From the NCBI GenBank assembly GCA_964188305.1, contig OZ076886.1: DNA of 64,000 bases. The stretch is one strand, 5' to 3'. This document shows, one piece after another, positions 52,098-64,000 of this stretch. Position 1 is the first letter of the stretch. The number at the start of each line of letters is the position of its first letter. A program made the position numbers and the translations under genes. A model generated the notes under the pieces. The model had not been told where the DNA came from and searched no databases. It saw only the letters and a program-made list of their open reading frames with translations. This DNA is from Podarcis bocagei (taxonomy: Eukaryota).

Positions 52098-52250
52098 TAC
52101 TCCACCTTAAAGACCATCATATTTGTTGAGGCATAAGCTCTTATGGACCACAGTCCACTTCATCAGATGCAGAAGTCCACCAAACTTTATGCCATAATGA
52201 AATGCTATAAGCCTCTCCCTTCTTTTGCTGCAAGAGACTAACACAGCTCT
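52098..52250. mobile_element. Penelope-like inverted terminal remnant
   Basis: CACCTTAAAGAC...GGCATAAGCT...CACTTCATCAGATGC followed by inverted TTATGCC, as in reptile Penelope ends. Confidence 0.55.
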
Positions 52251-52898
52251 CTTTCTAGAAACCCATAAACAGAAACTGGAATTTGCATTTTTGTAGCTCT
52301 GCAACAGACACGGAATATGGCATGGAGAAAAAACTTGCAGCATGAGCCAAAACCATGGGAGTCCAAGTTTTCATTAAAGAGAAAATGGCAATAGAGGAAA
52401 AAATGGAAATTGTGCTGGGAGTTGAAGTACCAATTCCACTGGTTATGTAAACATTTGTACTAAATAATCCAGTACACTGCAATCATTGAGATAGGGGTCA
52501 AAGGGGCACTAGCATTTATAACAATCACACATGAAATTATGACAAGATCAACAAGTTCTATTGCTGCAATCTCTGCAACAAAGCAAGTTGGTTTCTTCTT
52601 GGGAGATAACTATCCTCAACTCAATAAAATGCCATGGCTTTTTCTGCATGTTGTGCGATAAAATAAAATAATAAAAATAAAAATAATTTATTATTTGTAC
52701 CCTGCCCATCTGGATGGGTTTAAAAGAAAATACTCACTGTAACCCTTACAGGGTTGCTGTGAAGATAAAATGGGAGGAGGTGAACCATGTCCACCAACTT
52801 GAACTCCTTGGAGGAAAAGTGGGATGTAAATGTAATAAATAATTTTAAAAGTGGCAATATTTACCCAGTCCACAAACTGCAGTAGAAGAGCACATCGG

Positions 52899-52992
52899 TT
52901 AAGGCCAGTGGTACCTTAGATATGTAATTACTTCACTTTTTAACTGTGGTCCAAAGAGAGGGTTCAGCTGAGCCAGGATTGCAATCAGCCAG
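52899..52992 (-). CDS. ATP6V0E1: ATP6V0E1 coding exon 3 ([31 protein letters not shown])
   Basis: 94 coding nt to TAA; total CDS 246 nt = 81 aa; exon continues to a GTAA donor after 52865. Confidence 0.97.
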
Positions 52993-54611
52993 CTGCAAGA
53001 CAAGAGCAGACTATTAACAGAATGACTAAAATTTATCAGGATACCCAAGGAAGAGATAGAATGGCAACAGTTAATTAAATCTAGTGTCTAGATAGGCAAT
53101 TTCCAGGATCACTCTGAGAAGTTATTTTTTTAAATTTTCCCAGTGATGGAACAGAAAACTACTCATAGAAATCAAAGGAGACATCCAAGATTTCTATGTA
53201 GCTGGGGCTGTGCACCAGAGTGTTCACTACACCTCGAGGAAGAAAAACCAGTCCAATGAGGACAGCTTTGTGGGCAAAGAATGCTGACTGACTGTTGGGG
53301 GAGACAAGACAGAAAGCCAGGGGGAGGGACGGGATGGAGTGGAAAGACTTGAACCTTAAACAAGCACTCCACATTTTGATGCCGGGACCTACTGGTTCCC
53401 TCTAGTTCTCATGTTCAGAGGCGAGTGCTGTTTATGTAGCCAAAGGCACCTTCCACACATAAAAGGGGCATATGAGCAGGCCTGGATAAACCAGAAGGTT
53501 TGCAACCCGGTAAAACAACCTAATAAGAACAGAGCATGCTGAACACAGAATGCTGAATGACAAGAGGCAATTGGAAAACTGGATGTGAGGAGTAATGGAA
53601 TTAAGTATGGAGAAGGGCACGACTGACTGAACATGAACACTCCAAAGGGTAACATTTTGTTGCAGGTCTGACTGGTTTCTTCCAATATTAAAGGGCAACC
53701 TAAAAATACAGTCACTCGGCAGCCCTATTTGTCAGACCCATCATTTCTCTTGCTCTAATTGTAGTTTCACAGGGTTGGTGTGTCTTGTTTAGACATTGAC
53801 ATTGCTAGTGGACATACATTAGGTGCAGGAGACAAGCGTCAGGGGATTTTTGCATCAATGTTATACTTATAAAAGCTTAAGTCTTCTACCCATGTATCTT
53901 TTATGACAACCTAACACAGAATGTCTTTTAAGAGTTTGTGAAGCTACTAGCAATGGCTATAGAACAAAATGCATACTTCTCAGAGCAGTGACAATATTTG
54001 CGAAGCAGGAGGACTCGATGCCCCAGTAGGACACAATACATCTTGTAGCACGGAAAACACTTAGAAAACTGCAACACATTTATTTCTGGGTTACATATTT
54101 GGTATGTTAACAACGGCAAATAAGAAAGGGCTTAAGAATCTCTTTAATTTGTACAACGTTACTGTGTAGCTAAATATTCGGTGCACAAAACATTTTGTGA
54201 ACACACAGGCACATCTAACTGCTAATTCTAGAATGCTATAGAAGGAGGAGGAAGAGCAAAGCGGCTTTGTAATGTGAGCTGCTACAGATGCAGAGTGCTT
54301 AGGCAGTCATGGAAAATTCCACACAAACCTGGATGCTTCGACCAGAGAATGAAACGCAGGTCAGCTGGGAGAGGGAAGGAAAAGCCATAGTAGACAGAGA
54401 CAAGCAATACAGGATTAATCCTATTCAGAGTTCATTGGTCAAATTTCAGTACTGCTCTTAATTTTACAGATTAAACAGCCACAGCAAAATGAATGCACAC
54501 TTTCAACACTGATTACTAACAGGACTCCTGGCAAAATCTAGCATTTTCATCATGGATTGCTACAGATATAGGATGACATCCTCTTTGATCCCAGTAGTTT
54601 CCCTTGAAATC

Positions 54612-54765
54612 ATGTAATCACAGAATTGTAGAGTTGGAAGGGATCCTGAGGACCATCTAGTCTAACCCTCTGCAATGCAGGAATACTGCAGCTGTCCTAT
54701 ACAGGGTTTGAACCTGCAACCTTGGCATTATGAGCACCACACTCCAACCAACTGAGCTATCCGCC
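54612..54765 (-). mobile_element. tRNA-head / CR1-tail SINE
   Basis: On the minus strand: TAGCTCAGTTGG...GGTTCAAACC head and CCCTTCCAACTCTACAATTCTGTGA tail. Confidence 0.7.
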
Positions 54766-55398
54766 CATTATTCTACAGATATGATTACTCATGTTTAGAG
54801 TCCCAACTGACATATTTGTGACCAGAAGGAAGCTTAACCCATATCAAATAGTTACGTTGCAGTGTGTATATTATACACTGTCTCTTTCTCTTGATATAAC
54901 CAGCATACATCTTTGCTTGTTTGCTTACTGTTTGCTCTGCTTAGAGCGTGCTATAGGTCAGCACTTTTCACACTGTGTCCCAGAGAACCCATAGGGTTCT
55001 TCAGAAGCAATCAACAAAGGGCAGAAGATTTTCTGAAAGGCAGCTTCTCTGCTGTTACCAATCTTCCTCCACAGTGTACAGCCACAAACAGTTATGAAGG
55101 CATTCTATGGCACATGCTCAGTTCTCAAGGGGTAACAGCAAAGACCAAAAAGCACAGCCAGTTAGTTTCCTGCTCCAATGGAGTGTGGAACGTATTCTCA
55201 GTTACACACAAGGTTCTGTGACAGGCATGTCAATGTGAAAAGGGTTCCCTGAAAGTAGACATTTTGAAAACAGAAAGAACACATACGCTCCTATAGGTTT
55301 ATCAGGATGCCATAGGTTGAAATAAACTCTCCTTGTGGTGCCTGATATTTGGCCTTTTCAAATGATAATCAGATTTATTTTTGATAAGTTATTACAAA

Positions 55399-55518
55399 GG
55401 GTTGTATCCAATGCTAGTCTTACGCAGAGTGGACCAACTGAAGTTAATAGGCATGACTAACTTAGGTTCATTAATTTGAATGAGTCCACTCTGAGTACGA
55501 CTTAGTTCGACACAACCC
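55399..55518. mobile_element. Palindromic MITE-like repeat
   Basis: GGGTTGTATCCAA...AGAGTGGAC / GTCCACTCT...GACACAACCC imperfect inverted repeat. Confidence 0.65.
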
Positions 55519-56004
55519 AAATTGCCCCAAAATTTGAAAATCAAAAAATAAGGTACTATAACAGCAGAAAACAAACACATAACAGGGCAATCTGTACAGC
55601 AACTATATGTATTCTATCATGTTACCAAGAGGCAATCTATCCTGTTTCCAGATTAATAATGGAGCTCCCACAAACCTTAGCCACAGCTTCTTTCCTGGTG
55701 GAGGTTAAGACACTCCCCAGCATGCAAGTTAGTCATGCCTAAACCAAAAATGGATGTTTTGTGCAGCAAGCATAGGGCAGTTTCGGGCCACAGTAGTACT
55801 GATTCCTGCAGATTTCAGGTAAGCCCATTACAATATTTTCCAATGGTATCCTCACCGTTATCTAGTACAGAGTAGTTAACATATGGCTCTCCAGATGTTG
55901 CTGGACTCCAGTTCTCATCAGCCCCAACAAGCTGTCAGGGACAATGGGAGTTGTAGTCCAACCACATCCAAAGGGGATACAGATTTTGCATCCCATTTCT
56001 AGTA

Positions 56005-56245
56005 CAGTGGTACCTCAGGTTAAGTACTTAATTTGTTCCAGAGGTCCGTTCTTAACCTGAAGCTGTTCTTAACCTGAAGACCACTTTAGCTAATGGGGCC
56101 TCCCGCTGCTGCTGTGCTGCCAGAGCACGATTTCTGTTCTCATCCTGAAGCAAAGTTCTTAACCCGAGGTACTATTTCTGGGTTAGCGGAGTCTGTAACC
56201 TGAAGCGTCTGTAACCTGAAGCGTATGTAACCCGAGGTACCACTG
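56005..56245. mobile_element. Tc1/mariner MITE
   Basis: TIR CAGTGGTACCTC, TA TSD; inverted relative to the 19610 copy. Confidence 0.92.
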
Positions 56246-58309
56246 TATACATGATGAAAGCAAACAAGTTACAAGTGCACTCTGAATACAGAATTCACCT
56301 ACCCAGAGCTGTGCTACCAGGTACAAACTGAATGCCGTTTCATTTTCAAAAGCAACCTTGCCAGAAAATTACTCAAGACAGAAATTACAAGGCAGCCTTA
56401 ATGATCAGCACCCAGATTCAGATTTTGTTTTATCTTTGATGGGAGGAGGTCCCAAGAACTGACGAATGAGAGAACCACAAAGTTGTGCTCTTTGCCAAGA
56501 CTGCCATAAAACATTTTGCCCATCAATACATATGAAGGATATGTAATGAAAAAAACTATTACAACAGTAGCAACGAAGACATATGCAAAATGCATATGCT
56601 ACATTAGTAACATCTCAGTGTTGCCAAAAGCACTGCCATTCACAATTACCATTGATTTTGGATGTCACGCTTCCCACCTGTTCCAAAATAGCAGAAATAT
56701 GGAGATTTTATTATGAAATAGTAGCCACACATAATTATTTGGGGGAGAAAATCAGTTAACATAATTGCATTCTAAATCTCCCTTGAAAATAAGGATTAGC
56801 ATTTGGTGTTAACCTACAGAATAGATGTGCAGAAACTGAGCTGAAATACATAGCTAAAGAGGTGAAGGAGAAGATGTACTGCTCTTGCTTGGGAAGCAGA
56901 GGAAGAACCGCTGAACTTCTACTGTTAGGCAGGGCCAGCTTATCTGGCTCTACAACTTAGGAATTCTGCACCATACTGATGTCACCTTCACCAATTCTGA
57001 TTGTTCACAAGGACAAGGGAGGCCCAAGTCAAAAGGAAGCCTAGATATCAACAGAAGCTTTATATATGGAGCTTCCCTTCCTTCTACTCTATTGAGAAGA
57101 CACCTTTCTGCATCATTGCATGCTGTAATTTTTAGATTTACAGAAGATAATTAAAACGGTTGACCAGGGCCCATTTATGTCCTCGCCCTACACTCCTTAT
57201 TGAATCAAAACATATAATGACTGATACAGGGTTTGTTTGAGCAGTGCAGTACTATTTTAAAAACAAGAAGAAGTTATGTTTGGAATGTCAGATGACAAGA
57301 TCCATTTGTTGTACTGCCATTCACATATGTAGCCCATGGTGGCTATTGAAGGCAGTTATAATAGCATTTAATCTAGCTTAGGTTCCAAGGAGGAGGAAGA
57401 TAGAGCTAGCCATTGTTTCCTTGAAAGTGTAAAAAAACCTCTGTGGACTCGGTGGTCAACTGAATAAGCTACATTTTAGTATGTTATGTCACGATGTTGA
57501 TTTTGACATTATGATAAGCTGTATCTAATTTTGAGAAGTAGTTAAATAACTTTACAATTGTTATTATACAGCCTATTACGTTTATGTGTTTTTTCAATTA
57601 GATTTGCGCAATATAGGCATTCTAGTGGTTTTGATTTTTATTCCTTGAAAGTGTATGCAACATGGTCACCTCTCAGCAAGCAGCAGTGCTTACTCCTAAG
57701 TGGGGCTCTGTGAAGATGCAAACTAAGCCCAAAGCCACTCCCATGGAAGTCCAGTTGTAATCATGTCCCACATTGTAAGATGCTATTTTCTCACTTGGTG
57801 TTGTGAATGCGGACACTGTTTATCAAAGCCTATGATAAATTTGTACGAAGCCATGGAAGTGCAATGGGCAGCCCTCGTATGTTTTTACAACTGTGGAAAA
57901 TTACCCTGAAGCTATATATGAGCACCAAGCTGTTCCCACCACATACATAGTGGTATTGATTTAGCTGGTATCAGATTCATAAAGAAAACACATGGATGGG
58001 TGGGGAAGAAAAAGATTTTAAAAAGGAGTTCGCTCAAAAGGATCTCAGTGTTCCTCCCTTGACTCCTTATCTCCATCCCATCTCGTTTTTTCCTCAAACC
58101 TCTTACTTTTCACCTTAATCCTATAAACAGTTTTTAAAAAGAAAAGAAAAAACTAGTTCCACAGAGCTACAGGTACTATATTGTAGCTTTGTAGACCTGG
58201 ATTCTTTCTCTTTTTTTGTAAAGATGACCCTATTTACACAAAGGGAATATTGCAAAAAGCCCTGCGCACCATGACACTTAGGCCCCGCCTACACTTCTAA
58301 AGTATTGTA

Positions 58310-58541
58310 CAGTGGTACCTTGGTTTACGACCTTAATCCGTTCAGTTGTAAACTGAAACCGGTCGTAAACTGAATTGCCCTTTCCCCAATGAGGCCTCCC
58401 GCCTCCGGTGCCCTTCCATCATTCGGATTCCGGTCATAGACGGAGGTAAAGTTCGCAAACCAGGACACTCTTTCCGGGTTTGCGGAGTTCGTAAACTGAA
58501 AAATTTGTAAACTGGACTGGCTGTAAACCGAGGTACCACTG
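58310..58541. mobile_element. Tc1/mariner MITE
   Basis: TIR CAGTGGTACCT(T/C)GGTTTAC, TA TSD. Confidence 0.9.
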
Positions 58542-58574
58542 TATTGGAAACTAATTTAAGGGCGCAGGGAGACC

Positions 58575-58872
58575 TCTAATCACCTCAGAGTTACATTCCT
58601 CAGAGTGGTACAACACTACCTTCTCGGCAGTGGCACCCGCCCTGTGGAATGCCCTCCCATCAGATGTCAAGGAAATAAACAACTATCTGACTTTTAGAAG
58701 ACATCTGAAGGCAGTCCCGTTTAGGGAAGTTTTTAATGTTTGATGTTTTATCATGTTTTTAATATTCTGTTGGAAGCCAACCAGAGTGGCTGGGGAAACC
58801 CAGCCAGATGGGTGGGGTATGTATGTATGTATGTATGTATGTATGTATGTATAAATAAATAAATAAATAAAT
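58575..58872 (+). mobile_element. L2-like LINE 3' end with (GTAT)n/(AAAT)n tail
   Basis: CCTTCTCGGCAGTGGCACCCGCCCTGTGGAATGCCCTCCC (FSAVAPALWNALP), typical of the L2 C-terminus. Confidence 0.78.
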
Positions 58873-60713
58873 AACTATTATTCTTCCCTCTTCCCAGGGA
58901 TCTAGGAACTGTATAGCTTCTGTACTGCAAGGTCAGCACTCAGCCCTTGATCCCAACAACACAGGAAGCTCTCATGTGGGTTAAGATGTTGGAAGTCTCA
59001 TGATACTATCTGAGTCAGGTATTCTGAAATTTTAGTATCACTTACACAGTTGTACCTCGTAGCTAGTTCTGACTGCTGTATTTGCTATGTACTGAATCCT
59101 AGCTCCACTTTTTTGGGCTGGTGGGGGGGGGGTCTTAGGGAGGCTTATGTGCTGTCACTTGGGACCCCAGGTGGCAGAAGTGCTGCAGCTGCCAGCTTAC
59201 ACTCACCTGGCACTGCCAGGCAAGTTTCCTTGAGAGCACATGGTTAAGGGGCAGCCACCAGCTCCTCTCCATGAGCAATACTATTCACTCCCATGCCAAT
59301 AGCTCTGTAATAGGCCAGGAGGCAAGCTCTACTACAGTTCTACAAGCTCTACTGTAGTCTACTATAGTGTCATGGCTGCTGCCAAAGCCACCAGCTCACA
59401 ACAAGTTAACAAGCAGAAGGAGAGGTTCTCCACTGTGGAATCACTACTGCCTGAGGCCCAGGTGGTAGGAGGAGCTGAGGAGGGGGAGGGCAAAGCAACA
59501 GCTTTGCTGTGATGGCTTAGGCCCCAGCAAACGCTTCACTATATTGGGTGCTGACACCAGGTCTATGTGTTTACCCACCTTTTTCCTGGTTTAGTAACAA
59601 CCCCTTCTTCCTTCTTTCCCAGACAACATACCACCACGACAACTGCTTTCTAGAACTCTTTATGGCTGGATGTCCATGCAGAAAGTATTGTCAAAGTCAT
59701 GTATTTGACAGGATGTTTAATCATAACAAGGAATTTTGGGATAAAATAGCTTTTTGATCTACCTGCTTAGCAAAAAAGAGAAAACGTCCATGCCTGTAAG
59801 TGACTAACCTTAAGTTGTCAGAACTTTTTACTGCCTACATGCATCTATATTTGTGCTTTGAATAAAACAAAGGAAAAACAAAGACACCCTGGTGTGATGC
59901 ATTTTTAAGTTAGCCAGGTCACAGCTTCACATCCATGAGTCTTTGGGTTTGTTGAACCATAAACAAGCAGGATGTACTTGCACAAAACTTGCTTGCCCTA
60001 GCACTAAACCAAACCAAACACAAACAGGCCTATAACCCAGGGTAGTCTAGCTAAAGCAAGGCAGTTCTTGATGGAAGCATGCTGACTGTAAACACTGCAA
60101 GATGATCAATCTAGACTTTGTGTAAGCAAAAGCAGAGGCAAATTCTTCAGATTAAACTAGCACTACACAATGGTATTCTAGCTGACTAGCTTCCTGTTAG
60201 TACAGAAGATCAGTTTACTCCCATGTGGATAAGCTGCATTGCTGAACCAGGAGCCTGTTAGCTGGTAAAACTAGGCTGAAAATTTTGTTATGGTTTACTG
60301 TCTTAGCAATACTCCGAAAAGTCATTTTAAAGCAGAAATACAGGAACCAGAAATGGTTTAAACACATTTCCTAGAAAAGGAGGAAGCACAACTATTAAGT
60401 ATTAAACAGCACAGAAATCAGAAGGGTGATAAGACTTCAATTTCTGCATCCCAAAAGACTCATGTACAGTCAACTCTATTATAGAAAACTTAATGTTCCC
60501 ATCATTTATGATACCCTGGTTAAGAACTAACAATTGATTTACATCAGAGAACTATATAAAGTTCTTTATCCTACATAGTATGTTCATATTTTTGCAAATC
60601 AGCCAATCACATCAGACACCCAGCCAGGTTACTAAAATAAAAAAGGCATTGTAGTTTTGTGCTATCAAAGATTTGGCTACATCTGGACTGAAAGGAGAAA
60701 AATGGATACTTAC

Positions 60714-60761
60714 AAGAGGTAGCAGCAGATAGCACATGTCACCAACATTGTGTTAATAACA
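60714..60761 (-). CDS. ATP6V0E1: ATP6V0E1 coding exon 2 (VINTMLVTCAICCYLF)
   Basis: 48 nt, polypyrimidine tract plus CAG acceptor, GTAAGT donor, CCYLFW motif completed across the junction. Confidence 0.96.
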
Positions 60762-63243
60762 CTGTAGAAAGAGGGGGAAGAAAGAAATGGTTGACAAAAT
60801 GGAAGCAATATTTACAGACTTTCTTTGGACAAAAGAAAAGAAACACAGCTGAATAGTTTCTCAGTTTTTTACACATGCAGACAGAGGATGATTCAATGTA
60901 AATCTATTGCAATAACAATAATACTTGAACATTCTAAGGTGCTTCATACATACCAAGATTATTTTCATATCAGGAATCCTCACAACCACCATGTCAGGTA
61001 GGTCAGGACTCTCCCTACATTGAAGATGGGGGAGTGGGGGGACTGAGAGACGGTAGATTGCTAGGTGCCATCTAGTAAGTTCAAGGTAATACCTGAACTA
61101 GTGATTTCTAGGTTCACAACTCAAGTCTCTTGGTCATTACAGTACTCGCAGTAAATTAAAGCTACCCCACACCTGTAGTTTCAGATAACACATATAATTG
61201 TTTAGAATCAATTCTCAAGGTTCTGCTTACTCCGTGATCCCAGTTGTGAAATTCAGTATCATGTAAGATTAATGAGCACCATAAGAAACTCGGGTTTAAT
61301 TTTTTCCTCTCTCCTATTTTAAGCAACGTATTTTGAACCTATATAACTGAATGATTGTTTTAAATGCATTGTGTATCCTGCCCTGAGATCAATGCATATA
61401 AGGCAGGCCATAAATATTTTAATAAATATGATCCTAAAGCACCATCTGTCAAAATATTTGCACCCAAGTCTGTTGTCCTGTCCTTAACCCACCAGTGCTA
61501 GATTCTGACCCACCAAGGATTTAGAGCACCCTGTTTACAAAGTAAGAGGCTGTTAGTACCAATGCTAAAAACAATATAGGCCACTAAGAGAAGTAGGTCT
61601 TCAAATCAGGACAGGAGATGAAACCTTTGCATGAATAAATATAAATTCAAAATAGATATCACAAGTTGGGTGCTTGGATACTACTGCCTAGGCCTCTTGC
61701 CTATGTAGCGAACATGGGATATGTATTAAAAGGGAACACTTTTTACTCTGGTGTATCTAACCAACACCTTAAAAGCATAAAATGCAGCACTGAGCTGAGC
61801 TGCACTTAGTTCTGCTCACATTTCATTATATGGTTGAATCACTAATTCAAGACAAAGAGAATGCAGTGAAAAAATCATTTCAAGCTTGTTAAGTATGTGG
61901 GGAGGAAATCCCCCCTGCCTCAATAAATGTTGTAAAGCCAGGAACATTGAGTGGGAAAGTGTTTTCAGAAATGCAGGCCACACAATTGATTTTTCCTGTT
62001 TAGAAAGGAAAACGTTGACAATCTCTAGCTATGGAAGCTAATTTCAATCTTAGCATCAATTATGGCTTATGCCAGAAACACACTGTTCAGGCCCACTTCT
62101 TAAACCCGACTCATAATGCAACTTAGATGTCAAGACACCTACTGCTAATTGGGTGTTATTGTGCTGCTCTCTCTTAGGTCTAACTGCCTCCCTGCCCCAT
62201 ACGTTATCATTCACTGTTTTGTAAGTTTTTGCTGAAACACTATTTATACATTTCAAAGAAATAAACTAGTACTGTTGCTGGTAATCCTAGCTGGACATTC
62301 AGCACCAGTAATGGAAATGTAGAAAGAAAGAAAATCCTCAATGGCACTGGAAGAAGAAATTATCAGAGAGGAAAATGTGGTTCAATAGGAAAATCTTATT
62401 TCAAATCACAAAGAAAACCTCCAGGATGAACAACCAGAATGCAGTTAGGAATTCAGCAGTTTGGTTAATGGATTAAATACAAACGGAACTAGCTCATCCA
62501 CCTCATAGTCCTCGAATTAGGGGAAAGAGTTACACACAGCAGACGGAAAAGATAAATTGTCACAAGACTGCGACATGGTTGTGAAAATGACTGTGACATC
62601 TGACCCCTCTTTTACAAAGCAGCTATTCCCAGAATATCTCAAACAATATTCCGTTTCAAGAGATAACGCAAAACAGTGCATTTGACTCGGGGGCTGCTTC
62701 ATTTGAAACAGGGTAACTTAACACGGGATGGGTACTAAAACAAAAGGGGATCGACGCTGGGAAATCCCAAGGGAACTCCAGCCGCTTCGCAGGTGTAGCT
62801 ACTTCTGAATTGACACCTGCCACTCACGAAGTGCCAGTGCCGCACAGCAGCTCCCAGAAAGGCTGGCAGGGCCGGCGCTGCTACGGGAAGCGGGGTGGAG
62901 GTGGGAGAGAAAACAAAAAGGAACAGGAAGAGGAGGCACAAGGAGAAAGAGAGGAAGGCCGCAGCTGGGGTTGCGCGACGGCAGTTGCTCACTGCGCCGC
63001 ATCCTCCGAGAACGTTGAACAACAGGCCGTGTAAAACTGCGAACTGTGAAAAAAACGCGTTTGCTCCCCTCCCAGGCCAGGAAAACGGCTATTAGGCAGA
63101 CGGAGGCGGAGGTGTAGCCAGAGCACTTCAAGCTCCCACGGGCGGCTGGTTGGGGCAGCCAGGCCTCCTCGAAAAGGGCCGCCCGCCACCGGTCTCCCTT
63201 GCCGAGAACGTCCCATCCCCTCACGAAGCCTCCGGGCACTTAC

Positions 63244-63347
63244 CCCCGGTTAGGCCCCTTGGGCACAAACCACGGCACGACGCCGCCGACCACCGCCCAG
63301 AACACGCTCATGACGGTGATGGGCACCGCGAGGCCGCCGTACGCCAT
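63244..63347 (-). CDS. ATP6V0E1: V-type proton ATPase subunit e1, coding exon 1 ([35 protein letters not shown])
   Basis: Hand translation, missed by the ORF track. gccATGg Kozak, [11 protein letters not shown] subunit-e motif, 104 nt, GG|GTAAGT donor, inside a CpG island. Confidence 0.97.
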
Positions 63348-63349
63348 GG

Positions 63350-63720
63350 CCGAACTCTTGCTCGCTCCCTCCCTCCGCCGACTACGGAGCTCCGACCTCC
63401 GCCGCCGCCTCCACTATGGCCGATTTCTACGCCACCTCGCAAGTCACGCCCTCTCCGGGGAGCACCAACCAATCAGGGGCTCCCGCAGCGTGAGGGGACG
63501 GCGCACGTGAGGAGGCTCTCCCTCCTTTTCCCCGCCCACTTTGGGCAGCGAGCGAATCCGGATGCGAGCGAGGGTTGCGCATGCGCTCTCTCGGCGGCCT
63601 GCTGTGCCCGTGGAAGCTCCCCGCGCCCTACGCGCTCTCTGTACGAACCACGTTCCCTTCGGAACTGCGGCCGCCCATGTCCTTATTCTGTGTCGCCTCC
63701 CGCATGCACAGCTTCAGCAA
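63350..63720 (-). promoter_or_regulatory. ATP6V0E1 CpG-island promoter
   Basis: High CpG density about 62750-63800; CCAAT near 63469, CACGTG near 63504, GC box, NRF1-type TGCGCATGCGC 63576-63586. Confidence 0.85.
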
Positions 63721-63859
63721 ACCGCTTTCTCTCCCTCCCGCCCCAGTGCTGCGCCTTGTTATCACCCATGCCTAGCGCCACTTCGTTCGTTACAAGGTCG
63801 CTCAAGTTTAACACTACCAATCCAAACAAATTTGCTCGGAAGACCTACTACTTTTAAAG

Positions 63860-64000
63860 GAATCTCAGAATTGTTGAGTCGAAAGGGATCCCAAAATTAA
63901 TCTACCCAAATCCCCTGCAGTGCAGGAATCACAACCAAAGAATCCCTGACAGATGGCCATCCAACCTGTTTAAAAAGAGGAATCCACCACCTTTCGAGTG
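63860..64000 (-). mobile_element. CR1-like 3' end running off the window
   Basis: AGAATTGTTGAGTCGAAAGGGA...CCCTGACAGATGGCCATCCAACCT. Confidence 0.6.

Noticed and set aside
50881-52864. SNORA74 (U19) H/ACA snoRNA, which I recall in the human ATP6V0E1 last intron
   Set aside because: No convincing match on either strand, only a few bases of resemblance near 51690; an Infernal search would settle it
63150-63900. Long plus-strand ORFs (235 aa, 119 aa) at the ATP6V0E1 promoter
   Set aside because: Stop-poor GC-rich CpG island, non-ATG starts, no recognisable domain

Overview
Vertebrate (squamate, probably lacertid lizard) genomic DNA, not prokaryotic. It holds three complete, tandem, minus-strand genes in the conserved amniote order ATP6V0E1 - CREBRF - BNIP1. 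I reconstructed all coding exons by hand with GT-AG boundaries and consistent phases: ATP6V0E1 81 aa, CREBRF 635 aa, BNIP1/Sec20 228 aa. Each gene has a CpG-island promoter with CACGTG E-boxes. The rest is intron or intergenic sequence with squamate repeats (Sauria SINEs, Squam3-like and tRNA/CR1-tailed SINEs, BovB, L1, L2, CR1, Penelope-like remnants, TA-flanked Tc1/mariner MITEs), microsatellites and one 238-N assembly gap. Almost all other entries in the ORF track are spurious. The best candidate for something new is the CREBRF 5' leader: a stop-free in-frame extension upstream of the canonical AUG, with two weak AUGs and an optimal-context CUG, preceded by uORFs. Other notable items are loss of the N-glycosylation sequon of V-ATPase subunit e1, a dense miRNA-site cluster in the CREBRF 3'UTR, a perfect 29-bp inverted repeat, and an atypical L1 endonuclease-only insertion. 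Comparisons to human sequence are from memory and need alignment to confirm.
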